Origin: Octopus sinensis
Lineage: Eukaryota
Direction: 5' to 3'
Assembly (NCBI RefSeq): GCF_006345805.1
Contig: NC_043023.1
Span: forward strand, 2,728,001-2,792,000
Length of the DNA: 64,000 nucleotides
Below are positions 24,567-37,627 of this stretch, one piece after another. How positions within the stretch are numbered: position 1 is the first letter of the stretch; every line of letters starts with the position of its first letter. Both the position numbers and the translations under genes were made by a program. The notes under the pieces were generated by a model. The model was not told where the DNA came from and did not search any database. It saw only the letters and a list, made by a program, of their open reading frames with translations.

Positions 24567-25589
24567 GTAGGTAGATAGGTATATACATACATGCACACTC
24601 ATAAGCATTTATATATATATATACTCACACCACACATATATACACTTATATGTATATGCTTACATATATATATAAGCTTATGCATGAATGTGTACACACA
24701 TCTCTCTCTGCCTGTCTGTATCTCTCTCTCTCTGTATACACACATACATACACACAATATCATTGTGTTTTCTAGATGTAAATCAGATGATAGAAAACTA
24801 GTATTTATAACTTTTGTACTTACCTGTAGCTCCAAACGAAAGCAGTGAAGGGGATTTCCATTACATTCTGAATTATATTTATTGGGTCTCTCTGCTGTCG
24901 TGTAGGTCACAGAGTACATTTACAAATTAAAACAAATCAGGAAATTCCGTTCTTATAATATTTACTTACATCATCTTACACACATTTCATTAACAATATC
25001 AGTTATATAAGAAAAATCCTCTTATCTGATTAAATTGTCAGATCTCCAGAGATTGCGTAAAACTTGTGAATAACTTTTGATGTTCATACTTTGTTGAGGC
25101 AGCATTGTTGTATGAACTACCTGCAACAAATATGTTAAATAAGGTCTAAGAATTGGCTTCCTTACATAGTAGAGGATGGAGAATGTCTTATAGTAAAGAT
25201 ATATGGTCGTCTAGTCACTGTACCTCTCGTTTTTGTATGCCTGATATATTTATCTTTTACTTATTTTAGCTATTAGATCGTGGCTAAGCTGGGGCAGCAC
25301 CTGGAAGACTTTCTTTTAGTCGAATGAATCAACCCCATACTCAATTTGTTCAGTTTGGTAGTTATTCTATCACTCTCCTTTGCTGAACCACTAAGTCACA
25401 AGGATGTAAACACACCAACAATGGTTGTCAACAATGGTGGAGGGGAGAAACACAGACAGAAAGACAAGCACACACACAGATATATCTATCTATCTATATA
25501 TACATACATATCTATCTATATATACATATCTATCTATTTATATATACACACACACACACAACACACACATATATATATATGTATACGAG

Positions 25590-26120
25590 CAAAACGCCTC
25601 CCCTCCCGTCCAATGGACAGTACTGAGTTGTCAAACGTTTAAACCAAATTTTCTCAAAACAACTTGTCCATCCGTCTTTGAGAAACACTGATTTAACCTA
25701 AATTTGAGACACCAGCAAAAGAAGAAATAAAGATAGACGTTTTTTCTATTCCAAAGAAAAACGATTTTATTCACACAAATATGCAAGCGAAGAGTTTAAA
25801 GTATCAGTAATGATAAGGCTGTTGACTGGGAGAACACAAACATGGTTTAAACAGTAAGCTTGGCAGGAAAGAAACGTGCCTTTAAGCAGTACAAAAACAA
25901 CAAAAAATGGAAGGTGCAGTTATGTACAGGTTGACGGAAGAAAAGCAGGGCAAAAACGGCTTTATCGATCACATTCTCAGCTGGAATTGATTTTTGTAAT
26001 TTTTTCAAGACTTATACACCGTCAGTATCTACATATCAAATTTGCGCACAATCGGATGGAGGATGCCCGAGATCCTAGAAGACACACAGACAGATAGAAA
26101 GAACAAATTTTATATAATAG
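25590..26120 (-). mobile_element. Helitron-like non-autonomous element (same family as 53849-54320)
   Basis: Minus start TCTATTATATAAAA; two blocks homologous to 53849-53990 and 54200-54320; 3' CTAG not evident. Confidence 0.5.
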
Positions 26121-26124
26121 ATAT

Positions 26125-26815
26125 ATAATATAAAATATGAATTAGAGCTAAAACCACTATTATGCAATTCAAACAGTGATAGACATAAACCAATACATAA
26201 ATAACAAATTGTGTGGTAAGTAGCTTGCTAACCAACCACATGGTTCCGGGTTCAGTCCCACTGCATGGCATCTTGGGCAAGTGTCTTCTGCTATAGCCCT
26301 GGGCCGACCAATGCCTTGTGAGTGGATTTGGAAGACGGAAACTGAAAGAAGCCTGTCGTATATATGTATATATATATATGTATGTGTGTGTTTGTGTGTC
26401 TGTGTTTGTCCCCCTAGCATTGCTTGATAACCGATGCTGGTGTGTTTACGTCCCCGTCACTTAGCGGTTCGGCAAAAGAGACCGATAGAATAAGTACTGG
26501 GCTTACAAAGAATAAGTCCCGGGGTTGATTTGCTCGACTAAAGGCGGTGCTCCAGCATGGCCGCAGTCAAATGACTGAAACAAGTAAGAGAGTATAAGAG
26601 TAAAGAGTATATATTATATTATATTAATTATATATATATATCATTTGTTATTTATGTATTAGTTTATGTCTATCACTTTTTGAGTTGCATAATAGTGGTT
26701 TTATCTCTAATTCGTATTTTATATATATATATATTTATACTGTGAAATTTGATTTAGAATTGCTTAATTGAATTTTTCCCTGTAAGTCTGGAGTTATACT
26801 CCCTAATATTATTCT
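26125..26815. mobile_element. TCCCTAATA-family fold-back element with SINE-A (26210-26607) in its centre
   Basis: ATTAGAGCTAAAACCACTATTATGCAA / TTGCATAATAGTGGTTTTATCTCTAAT arms; CTCCCTAATATT end. Confidence 0.8.
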
Positions 26816-27199
26816 TAATATACATATATATATATATATACACACACTTAAACACAAACATATATGTGCAGACGTGCTTGTGTGGTATGAATTTTGTTTT
26901 CAAATCACACGGTTGCGGTTCAGTCTCATTGCTTGTCACCTTGAGCAAGTCTCTTCTACCACCAGAAGCCTCACTCACCCTGTCTGTGAGGCACTCAACA
27001 TCTGAAGATCTTTTCTTACCAGTTCAACCCTAATCTTCCTGGGTCTACTCCTTCCACACACTCCCTATATATATATATGTATGTGTGTGTGTATGTGCAT
27101 ATATGTGTTCATACACACACACACACACCTATATAAATATATATATATGTATGTATGTATATATCTATATATGTATATATAATATATATATATATATAT

Positions 27200-27428
27200 A
27201 GGGAGGTGAGCTGATAGAATCGCTAACACGCCAGCTGAAATACTTATAGGTATTTCGTCTACCATTATGTTCTGAGTTCAAATTCTGCCGAGGTTGAATT
27301 TGCCTTTCATCCTTTCGGAGTCGATTAAATAAGTACCAGTTATGCAGTGGGGTCGATGTAATTGACTTAATCCGTTTGTCCTTGTTTGTTTCCTTTGTGT
27401 TTAGCCCACTTGTGGTCAATAAAGAAAT
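27200..27428 (+). mobile_element. tRNA-derived SINE-D
   Basis: GGTGAGCTGATAGAATCG...GAGTTCAAATTC; CCTTTCATCCTTTCGGAGTCG core; AATAAAGAAAT tail. Confidence 0.75.
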
Positions 27429-27455
27429 ATAAGTATATATATATACACACACATA

Positions 27456-27843
27456 GGCGTAGGAGTAGCTGTGTGGTAAGTAGCTTGCTAACCAACCACA
27501 TGGTTCTGGGTTCAATCCCACTGCGTGACACCTTGGGCAACTGTCTTCTACTATAGCCTCGGGCCGACCAACGCCTTGTGAGTGATTTTGGTAGACGGAA
27601 ACTGAAAGAAGCCTGTCGTATATATGTATATATATATATATTTGTATGTGTGTGTATATGTTTGTGTGTCTGTGTTTGTCCCTCTAGCATTGCTTGACAA
27701 CCGATGATGGTGTGTTTATGTCTCCGTCACTTAGCGGTTCGGCAAAAGAGACCAATAGAGTAAGTACTGGGCTTATAAAGAATAAGTCCCGGGGTCGATT
27801 TGCTCGACTAAATGACTGAAACAAGTAAAAGAGAGTAAGAGTA
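27456..27843 (+). mobile_element. SINE-A
   Basis: Full length with short deletion in 3' module. Confidence 0.85.
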
Positions 27844-28157
27844 TAGAGATGCACACACACACACATATATGCATATAGACCCACACGCACACACGCCCTT
27901 CCTAATGCCTACCACTCCAAGAGTCTAATGGAGTGGTTAGTGTTAGGAGGACCATGCATGTGTGTGTATACATATGTATGTCAATGTATGTATGTATATT
28001 TATATGTCTGTACGTATATATATTTATACATATATATATATATATATATTTATTATTAATCAATATAGGGTGCCAAAAAAAATTTTGTAGAATTTTTTTG
28101 CCACCAGCGGCCTAGTGGGAAAAAATTAAATAGTCATAGACCATTTTTAAGTTCAAC

Positions 28158-28404
28158 ATCAACAATCAAGGAACGGCCATAATAGGCCATTCACCCACTA
28201 GAAATAACAGCCAAAGCTTCAACCGCAAATAAAAGGTCAATTCCGTAAACAGGAGAAAATTTAAAAACATTTACCCTGTAATACAGGGTAAATGTTTTTT
28301 AAATTTTCTCCTGGTTACGGAATTAATTTTTATTTGCGGTTGAAGCTTTTGCTGTTTTTTCTAGTGGGTGAATGGCCTATTATGGCCGTTCCTTGATTGT
28401 TGAT
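28158..28404. repeat. Near-perfect palindrome, ~122-bp arms, 1-3 nt centre
   Basis: ATCAACAATCAAGGAACGGCC...ACCCTGTA-A-TACAGGGT...GGCCGTTCCTTGATTGTTGAT. Confidence 0.9.
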
Positions 28405-28824
28405 ATATATATATATATACAGCAAAGGAATTCATAGCAGATATTATGAAGGGACCTAAACGAAGGAGTGCAACATTGTTTTCTGTTTTCATTTTTTTTC
28501 CTTTGTGTTATCTTCTTCATCGTTGATTCTCCCAAATATGCAACACAGCAAAAACAATTACAAAATCAACACCAACAATAACAACAACAATATCTACAAC
28601 AGCAACAAGAAGGATAATTACAATGATGGCCTAACATTAATTAATCATGATAATTAAGAATGCTAAATCAACAACTTTGTTAGAACAAAGCAAAAATCAT
28701 TAATTCCCAAGAGAGAGGGGGAGAGAGATGGGGGTGGCGGGGAAGTGACTGCCTCCAAGAAACGTTAGACACCGTTTTTATTGAGAAAAGCTTACTGGTG
28801 TATTCTTGTATTATTTAGTCATAA

Positions 28825-29414
28825 TAATAACAATGATAATGATAATAATAATAATGATAATAACAACAATAAAATAATAGCAATGATAATAATAAATAAT
28901 AATAAAAATGATAATAATAACAATAATGATGATAATAATAATAATAATAATAATAAAGATAACAATAGTAATAAAGATAATAATAATAAAAATGATGATA
29001 ATCAAATAATAAAAATGATAGTAATCATAATAATGATGATAATAATAACGATGATGATGATGATAATAATAAATAAATAATAAAATAATAAAAATGATAA
29101 TAATAATAAAAATGATAATAATAATAATAATAATGGTAATAAAATAATAATAATGATGATAATAATAATAATGATAATATTAATAATAATAATAATGATA
29201 ATAATAATAATAATAATAATGATAATAATAATAATAATAATGATGATAATAATAATCAGGGCCATAATGATAAAGACAATAATAGCAAATAATAACAATA
29301 ATAATAATAATAATAATGATAATAATAATAACAATAATAAATAACAATAATGATATGATAACAATAAGGGTAAGGATAAGGATGAATAACAATGATTACA
29401 ATAATAATGATTGA

Positions 29415-29479
<65 letters not shown>

Positions 29480-29520
29480 GTAGTAGTAGTAGTAGTAGTA
29501 GTAGTTTGTAGTAGTAGTAG
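28825..29520. repeat. (AAT)n-rich tract followed by (ATT)n and (AGT)n
   Basis: Direct. Confidence 0.95.
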
Positions 29521-29649
29521 TAGTATCCTCGTTATTGTGTTTTGCGTTTTGAAATTTATTTATATTTATCGTTTGATTATTTAACTTTTGGCAGAAAGAA
29601 GATCTAGACGCACAGACATGCACACGCACACATCTACATAATGTTTGTG

Positions 29650-29692
29650 TGCATGTAACATGCATATATGTATGTGTGTGTGTGTGTGTACG

Positions 29693-29728
<36 letters not shown>

Positions 29729-29912
29729 GTATGTAAAATATATCTGTGTGTGTATGCATACATATATGTGTGTATGCATACATATATGTGTGTATGCATA
29801 CATATATGTGTGTGTGTGTGTGTACATATATATGTGTTTATGTTTGTATATATGTGTGTGTGTATGTGTGTATATGAGTATGTAATATATATCTTTGAGT
29901 GTATGCATACAC

Positions 29913-29945
<33 letters not shown>

Positions 29946-30081
29946 TATATGTAATATATATCTGTGTGTGTATGTATACATATATATGTGTGATTGTGTA
30001 TATGCGTGTATATATATATGTATGTGTGTGTGGTATATTATATATATATATATGGGTATGTAATATATATCTGTGTGTGTA

Positions 30082-30123
<42 letters not shown>

Positions 30124-30180
30124 TATGTAATATATATGTGTATGTGTGTATGCATACAATATATGCGTGTGTGTGTATAC

Positions 30181-30228
<48 letters not shown>

Positions 30229-30320
30229 AGCCTATACTCACACACACACACATTCATATATATAATTACATATATATGTCTACATGAACTTGTGTGTGTG
30301 TGTGTGTGTGTGTGTGTATG
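29650..30320. repeat. (TA)/(TG) compound microsatellite
   Basis: Direct. Confidence 0.95.
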
Positions 30321-31329
30321 CGCACTTTATAGAAGAAAAATAAATTAGATTTCAATGAATTGATTAGCCATGGGGATTGTAAAAAATTGCTTTACACACT
30401 TAACTTTCTTCAGAAGGAGAAAAAGAAAAGAGAGAGAGAGAGAGAGTGTGTGTGTTTGTGTGTGTGTGTGTGTGTGAAAGAAAGAGGGAGTGAGAGAGAG
30501 AGAGAGAGAGAGAGTACAGAGGCCTTATTATTCAAGTCTGGAAATTGTGAATGCGGAAACTGGATGAAATGGATGATCGATGTAAAGATCTATACAAGTG
30601 CAAGGGAGTCTGTGTGTGATGTTGGATGGAGTGTAGGAGCAGCTGTGGGGAGAGTAAAGTGTAGGTGAGGTGGCAGAGCTGCAGTGGTCAAAATTTATGG
30701 TTGAGTTGAGATGCTTGGATTTTGATGATGGAAGCTGGGAAGAAGGACTGGGTTAGCTGGATTCAGATGATACATTTTGTGAGGGTTGAAGTCTGTAGCA
30801 TTGGCCAAATTTGTTGAATTAAGAGGTAGTGGTTTCTGATGGTCAAATTTTGAATGTCTTAGGTGAGTTGAATTATGAAGTGGTGTTTTGTGATGGTCAG
30901 ATTTTTTTGCAAAGATTAGGTCAATTAAATTAGGAGCCAGTGGTTTCTGATGGTCAAATTTTTGCATCATGTCTTTTTTGTTCCTTCTCAAGCCATCCCT
31001 GGTTCATAAGGGCCAGTTTCACGGTTTCCTTGGCATATAGATTCCTCACCTAGACGGGACGCCGGTCCGTCGCAGGTGAGCTGCAAGATGCTGGCATTCG
31101 TTAGATGCTTTGACTGGAACTGGTAAGCCACAGAGCTGCACCAAGTTCCAGTCAGATTCAGCATTGTTTCTATGGATGGTCGCCCTTCCTAATGCCTACC
31201 ACTCCAAGAGTCTAATGGATTGGTTGGTGTTAGGAAGGGCATGTGTGTGAGTGTATACATATGTATGTCAATGTATGTATGTACATATGTATGTATACTT
31301 GCATGCATGTACGTATATGTAGGTATACA

Positions 31330-31530
31330 TATAAAGGGAAAAATAAACAAAAGACGAAGGCAGGTGGAGTACAAACAAACAAATGTATTAGTATGGCGCT
31401 CAGGAATAGAAAAAGTCTTTTACGTTTCGAGCCTACGCTCTTCGACAGAAAGATACACAGAAAAAAACAAGGAGAGAAAAAATGCATATAGGAGCTAACG
31501 ATCTATCATGGCGTCCAGACTTCGGACAGG
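31330..31530 (-). mobile_element. Short HHR-bearing repeat, A6U variant
   Basis: TCTTT-CTGTCGA-A-GAGC-GTAG-GCTC-GAAAC-GT-A-AAAGA at 31416-31453 minus. Confidence 0.75.
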
Positions 31531-31613
31531 TATACATATATATATATTTGTATATATACATTTGATATAAACGTGTGTGTGTGTAGGCAAATATTTGTAT
31601 ATATCCATATATA

Positions 31614-31644
<31 letters not shown>

Positions 31645-31877
31645 ATAGTCTGCTAGTGGGCGACCCCCCTTAATTATCAGCCAACATCTTGTTCCAACAT
31701 CTTAAGGTTCCCTAACTAAAATTTGTGGCAGGCAAATTTTTCTTGATATTTTCGGTAACTTCGATGCTGAAGTAGAGACATGTTTTTTGTCTATCTCCTT
31801 AACTTCTTGGGGATTTTATGTATAATTATACTAATGTGTCCATCTGTTCTAATTTAATTAAATTCTATGTCTTTGTG

Positions 31878-31960
31878 CAGCTGAAGATTGCCCTACATTT
31901 TAAATTGATGTAATGATTGAATTGTTCAATTAAATGGAGTTGCATGAAACGATCGTACTG
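31878..31960 (+). ncRNA. Candidate hammerhead with enlarged stem II
   Basis: CAG-CTGAAGA-T-TGC-[~50 nt]-GCA-T-GAAAC-GATC-GT-A-CTG. Confidence 0.5.
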
Positions 31961-32159
31961 AATTACCTCTGGATATCTTTGTTGTTCATGTGGTTCATAA
32001 TCAAGCTACTTACCATACAGCCACTCCTACACCTATGTTCGTTAAAATTGTCATCAATGGTCCTGTAATTTTGTCTTTGTGCCATCAGCTTCGTTTTTTC
32101 TCCAGACTTCTTTACTTACCTGCATGAAACCATCCTTACTTCTCTGATACAAACTCTTT

Positions 32160-32535
32160 GTTTAAAAACCTTCCATCAAAATTTTCATGTCAATTTATGT
32201 TCCAAACACCAGCTTAATCAGAACAAAATTATTTTACTAAATTCTAAATCCTTCGTTAGTTACAAAATTTATTTAAACAAAAATGGTTTGTTTCAACAGA
32301 AACTTGGTAACAAAGGGATTATAGAGATCCAGATTAAAACTTTGGATCAAAATTTCATATCAATATATATTCCAAACCTAAGCTTAATAATGACAAATTT
32401 TTCTTCATAATTTTCAATGTTAATTACAATATAAGCAGAGTATTTCTTGATTGACTAAATTCTTCGTTATTTTGAAAATTAATTGAATTAAAGGCTGTGT
32501 ATTTCAGTAGAGAAATGGAAGCAAAAAGGTAAACC
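32160..32535 (+). repeat. Two tandem partial copies of a MITE-like right end
   Basis: ATCAAAATTTCAT..AAT.TAT.TTCCAAAC..AGCTTAAT repeated; ends resemble AAGGGTTAA (piggyBac-like, unconfirmed). Confidence 0.4.
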
Positions 32536-32577
32536 ATTTTCATGTCAACATTTCTGAGACCATCCCTGGTTCTGTGA

Positions 32578-32992
32578 TACTCTTTACTCTTTTACTTGTT
32601 TCAATCATTTGACTGTGGCCATGCTGGAGTACTGCCTTCAGTCGAGCAAATCGACTTCAGGACTTATTCTTTGTAAGCCTAGTACTTATTCTATCGGTCT
32701 CTTTTGCTGAACTGCTAAGTTACAGGGATGTAAACACACCAGCATTGGTTGTCAAAAGGTGGTGGTGGAGTGACAAACACACACACATGCACATACACAC
32801 ACACATATATATACATATATACGACGAGCTTCTTTCAGTGCATATATCTGTGTGTATATATATATGTATATATATGTGCATATATATATATGTATGTATA
32901 TATATATACATATATGTATATGTATGTGTGTGTATGTATGTATGTATGTGTATGTATATGTATGTATGTGTATGGGTATGTATGTATGCATA

Positions 32993-33023
<31 letters not shown>

Positions 33024-33312
33024 CTGTATGTATATATATATGTATCTATATATGTGTGTGTGTCTGTATGTGTTTATATTTATGTGTGTGTGTCTTTGTC
33101 TTTTGTGTTTGTCCCCTAATTACCTTGACAACCAATGCTGGTGTGTTTATGTCCCCATAACTTGGCAGTTTGGCAAACGAGACTGATAGAATAAGAACTA
33201 GGCTTACAACGAATAAGTCCTGGGGTTGATTTCTTCAACTGAAAATCCCTTAAAGGATGTGCTCCAGCATGGCTGCAGACAAATGCTTAAAACAAGTAAA
33301 AGAATAACAGAA
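32578..33312. mobile_element. Two inverted SINE-A 3' modules (- 32578-32838, + 33095-33312) around a microsatellite
   Basis: Direct. Confidence 0.8.
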
Positions 33313-33541
33313 TATCATTATCATCATCATGTAGCATCCGTTTTCCATGCTGGCATGGGTTGGACGGCCTGACAGGAACTGGTAAGGCCAGAACCTGTAA
33401 CCTGGTCCCTTAGGCTATTTTGACAGGCTTCTTATGTAGGACCATCACCAGTGTTTTCTGTGTGGCCCCTTGGTTTTAGAATCTCACTTCTGTTGTGGTG
33501 GGTGGGTAATTTTGAGTACAGCAATGCACCACACACACACA

Positions 33542-33580
<39 letters not shown>

Positions 33581-33689
33581 TATAAACACACACACAGATC
33601 TGTTTGTATGTTGTATGAACTTACATATTCTGCATTATTCTGACATAAAAAATCATTTGCAAAATGATGATGTATGTATGCTTGTGTGT

Positions 33690-33815
33690 TTATGTATGTT
33701 TAAATGTGTGTATATATATATACATTTAAATATACTCCTATGCGCCTATAAATTGTACACTCATGCATAAATACAAATAAGTGCATGAGTGCATATATAT
33801 ATATATATATATATA

Positions 33816-33846
<31 letters not shown>

Positions 33847-33888
33847 ATATATATATATAATATATATATGTATATATATATGTATATA

Positions 33889-33921
<33 letters not shown>

Positions 33922-34197
33922 ATATATATATATATGTATATATGTTATATATATATATGTATATATGTATATATATATATATAATGTATATGTATATATA
34001 TATATGTGTGTGTGTATGTATGTATGTATGTATAAGTTTGCATACGTATTTATAGATGTATTCATATACACACACACATATATATATATTTGCATGCATA
34101 TTTATAGTGGTATTCATATACATATATTCATATATATATATGTACATATATACTAATATATATATATGTACACACATTTTATACACATACGCGCACA

Positions 34198-34228
<31 letters not shown>

Positions 34229-34232
34229 CATA
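33690..34232. repeat. (TA)n-rich microsatellite
   Basis: Direct. Confidence 0.95.
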
Positions 34233-34679
34233 GACTAAAAATTTTCTCTTTAAAATTCAAATATACATATAAATTCTAAAACATAACGAGCCAATCAAAG
34301 CATACTAATTTATCACAGTGTTGTTTTATCGCTATGCTAATTACCTGATCAATTAATCTTAACAAACGAGGGGAAACAAGTTGCAGGGCGTGCAGTAGAG
34401 GCAATGGTGGCGGTGTTTGTGGTAGCGGTGGAGCAAGGGGGAGATAAATCTAATAAAATCGACTTGATTTGCCCGTTATCGAACGCTTTCTCTCGCATCC
34501 CTCTCTGCTACTTTGTACATCAATGAAGCTCCCCGCCACCGCCATCCCCTTAATTAGCCACAACCTTCCTAATTAGTAATTAATACGCTATCAAATTAAA
34601 ACCACTTAACAGGGTGAGAGATAAAGCTCGTTTACACTCGGAAATATGCTGAGGTTTCTTGCATTGTTTGAAGAATGTT

Positions 34680-35251
34680 AGGTCTTGTTTTCTCTCTCTA
34701 CTTTGCTGTTTGTCTGTCTGTCTTTCTCTCTCTCTTTGTCTCTCTCTCTGCTTCTTTCCCTTCCTCTGTCTGTCTGTCTCTCTCCCTCTCTCTCTTTGTC
34801 TCTCTGCCTTTCTGTTTCTCTCTCTCTCTCTCTCTTTGTCTCTCTGCTGCCTTCTGTTTCTTCCTTCTCTCTATCTCTCTTTGTCTCTCTGCCTTTCTGT
34901 TTCTCTCTCTCTCTCTCTTCTTCGTCTCTCTGCCCTTTCTGTTCTCTCTTCTCTCTCTCTCTTTGTCTCTCTGCTTTCTGTTTCTCTTTCTCTCTCTTTC
35001 TTTGTCTCTCTGCCTTTCTGTTTCTCGCTCTCTCTCTCTCTCTTTGTCTCTCTGCACTTTCTGTTCTCCTCTCTCTCTCTCTCTCTTTGTCTCTCTGCCT
35101 TTCTGTTTCTCTCTCTCTTTGTCTCTCTGCCTTTCTGTTTCTCTCTCTCTTTGTCTCTCTGCCTTTCTGTTTCTCTCTCTCTCTCTCTTTGTCTCTCTGC
35201 CTTTCTGTTTCTCTCCCTCTCTCTCTCTCTTTGTCTCTCTGCCTTTCTGTT

Positions 35252-35282
<31 letters not shown>

Positions 35283-37330
35283 GCCTTTCTGTTTCTCTCT
35301 CTCTCTCTCCTCTCTCTCTCTGCTTCTTTCCCTTCTTTTATCTGTCTGTCTCTCTCTCTCTCTCTTTGTCTCTCTGCCTTTCTGTTTCTCTCTCTCTCTT
35401 CTTCTTCTTTCCCTTCCTTTGTCTGTCTGTCTGTCTCTCTCTCTCTCTGTCTGTCTGTCTCTCTCTGACTCTTTGTCTCTCTACCTCTTTCCCTTACTTT
35501 GTCTGTCTGTCTCTCTCTCCCCTTCTGTTTGTGTCTCTCTACCTCTTTCCCTTCCTTTCTCTAAATCTCTCTCCGTCTCTCTACCTCTTTCCTGTCTTTT
35601 GTCTCTCTCTTTGTCTCTCTCTTTTTCTTTCTCTCTCTCTCACCTTCTGTTTGTGTGTCTCTCTCTACCTCTTCCTCTTCCTTTCTGATATCTCTCTTCT
35701 TCTCTCTTTGATTCACTGTCTCTATCTTTCTGTCTCTTTGTCCTTCTCTATTCAGTCTCTCTCTTCTCTCTCTCTCTTCCACATCTCTCCCTCTGTGTCC
35801 TTCTGTCTCTTTCTTTTTGTATCTCTCTCTGCTCCTCTCTCTTTCCCTCTCCAGTCTCCTGCCTGTCTTGGTCTTCTTTGTCTCTCTCATTCTCTGTGGG
35901 ATTCAACACTGCCTCTTTCTCTCTCCTCTCTCTCTCTCTCCCTCTCTTCCTCTCCTCTCTCTCTGAATCTCTCTCTCATATTTATCTATCTCTTTCTATC
36001 TATTTCTATGTCTCTCTCTGCCTCTTTCTTTCTGTTTCCTCCTCCCCCTCTCCTTCTCTTCTTCTTCTCTTTTTTTCTTCTTCTTATTCACCATCATATA
36101 CTTCTTTTTTTCTATCCTTCTCTCTCTAGTTATTCTTCTTCTTCTTCTTCTTCTTCTTCTTCTTCTTCTTCGTCTTCTTCTCTTCAATTCTTCTTCTTCT
36201 TCATCTTCTTCTTCTTCACCATCATATTCTTCTTATTATTATTATTACTACTACTACTACTACGACTACTATTATTATTATATTGAACACTGGGGTCAAT
36301 GTAACCAACTTATCCTTCCCCTGAAATTGCTGGCCTTGTGCCAAAATGTTTTATATCAATCATCATTCATTATTATTATTATTATCCTCCTCATGATGTC
36401 ACCCTCATTTATGCCCCTGTGCAAATAAAAGAATTTACTACATCATCATTATCATTATCATTATATTATGATTATTATCATTATTATTTTTATAATTATN
36501 NNNNNNNNNNNNNNNNNNNNNNNNNNNNNNNNNNNNNNNNNNNNNNNNNNNNNNNNNNNNNNNNNNNNNNNNNNNNNNNNNNNNNNNNNNNNNNNNNNNT
36601 TTCCCTTCCTTTCTCTAAATCTCTCTCCCGCCTCTACCTCTTTCCTGTCTTTTGTCTCTCTCTTTGCTCTCTCTTTTTTTCTTTCTCTCTCTCTCACCTT
36701 CTGTTTGTGTGTCTCTCTCTACCTCTTCCTCTTCTTTCTGATATCTCTCTCTTCTTCTCTCTTTGATTCACTGTCTCTATCTTTCTGTCTCTTTGTCCTT
36801 CTCTATTCAGTCTCTCTCTCACTCTCTCTCTTTCCACATCTCTCCCTCTGTGTCCTTCTGTCTCTTTCTTTTTGTATCTCTCTCTGCTCCTCTCTCTTTC
36901 CCTCTCCAGTCTCTCTGCCTTTCTTGGTCTTTCTTTGTCTCTCTCATTCTCTGTGGGACTTCAACACTGCCTCTTTCTCTCTCTCTCTCTCTCTCTCCCC
37001 TCTCTTCCTCTCCCTCTCTCTCTGAATCTCTCTCTCATATTTATCTATATCTCTTTCTATCTATTTCTATGTCTCTCTCTGCCTCTTTCTTTCTGTTTCC
37101 TCCTCCCCCTCCTCCTCCTCTTCTTCTTCTTCTTCTTTTTCTTCTTCTTCACCATCATATACTTCTTTTTTTCTTCTCCTTCTCTCTCTAGTTATTCTCT
37201 TCTTCTTCTTCTTCTTCTTCTTCTTCTTCTTCTTCTTCTTCTTCTTCCAATTCTTCTTCTTCTTCATCTTCTTCTTCTTCACCATCATATTCTTCTTATT
37301 ATTATTATTACTACTACTACTACTACTACT
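34680..37330. repeat. Polypyrimidine (CT)-rich minisatellite and (CTT)n tracts
   Basis: TCTCTCTCTTTGTCTCTCTGCCTTTCTGTT units; ORFs are SL/LS repeats. Confidence 0.9.
36500..36599. other. Assembly gap (100 N)
   Basis: Run of N; ~0.95 kb before the gap (35547-36499) recurs after it (36600-37570). Confidence 0.98.
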
Positions 37331-37512
37331 ACTATTATTATTATTATTGAACACTGGGGTCAATGTAACCAACTTATCCCTCTCCCCTGAAATTGCTGGC
37401 CTTGTGCCAAAATGTTTTTATCATCATCATCATCATTATTATTATTATTATCCTCCTCATGATGTCACCCTCATTTATGCCCCTGTGGCAAATAAAAGAA
37501 TTTACTATCATC

Positions 37513-37547
<35 letters not shown>

Positions 37548-37585
37548 CATTATTATTTTTATAATTATCATCATTATTATTATTA

Positions 37586-37627
<42 letters not shown>

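Noticed and set aside
34659-36286. Longest ORFs (269, 337, 533 aa)
   Set aside because: Translations of a CT-rich tract lacking stop codons; no protein features
35547-37570. Apparent ~1-kb tandem duplication
   Set aside because: Copies sit either side of a 100-N gap and differ mainly in repeat lengths; probably overlapping contig ends or haplotypes
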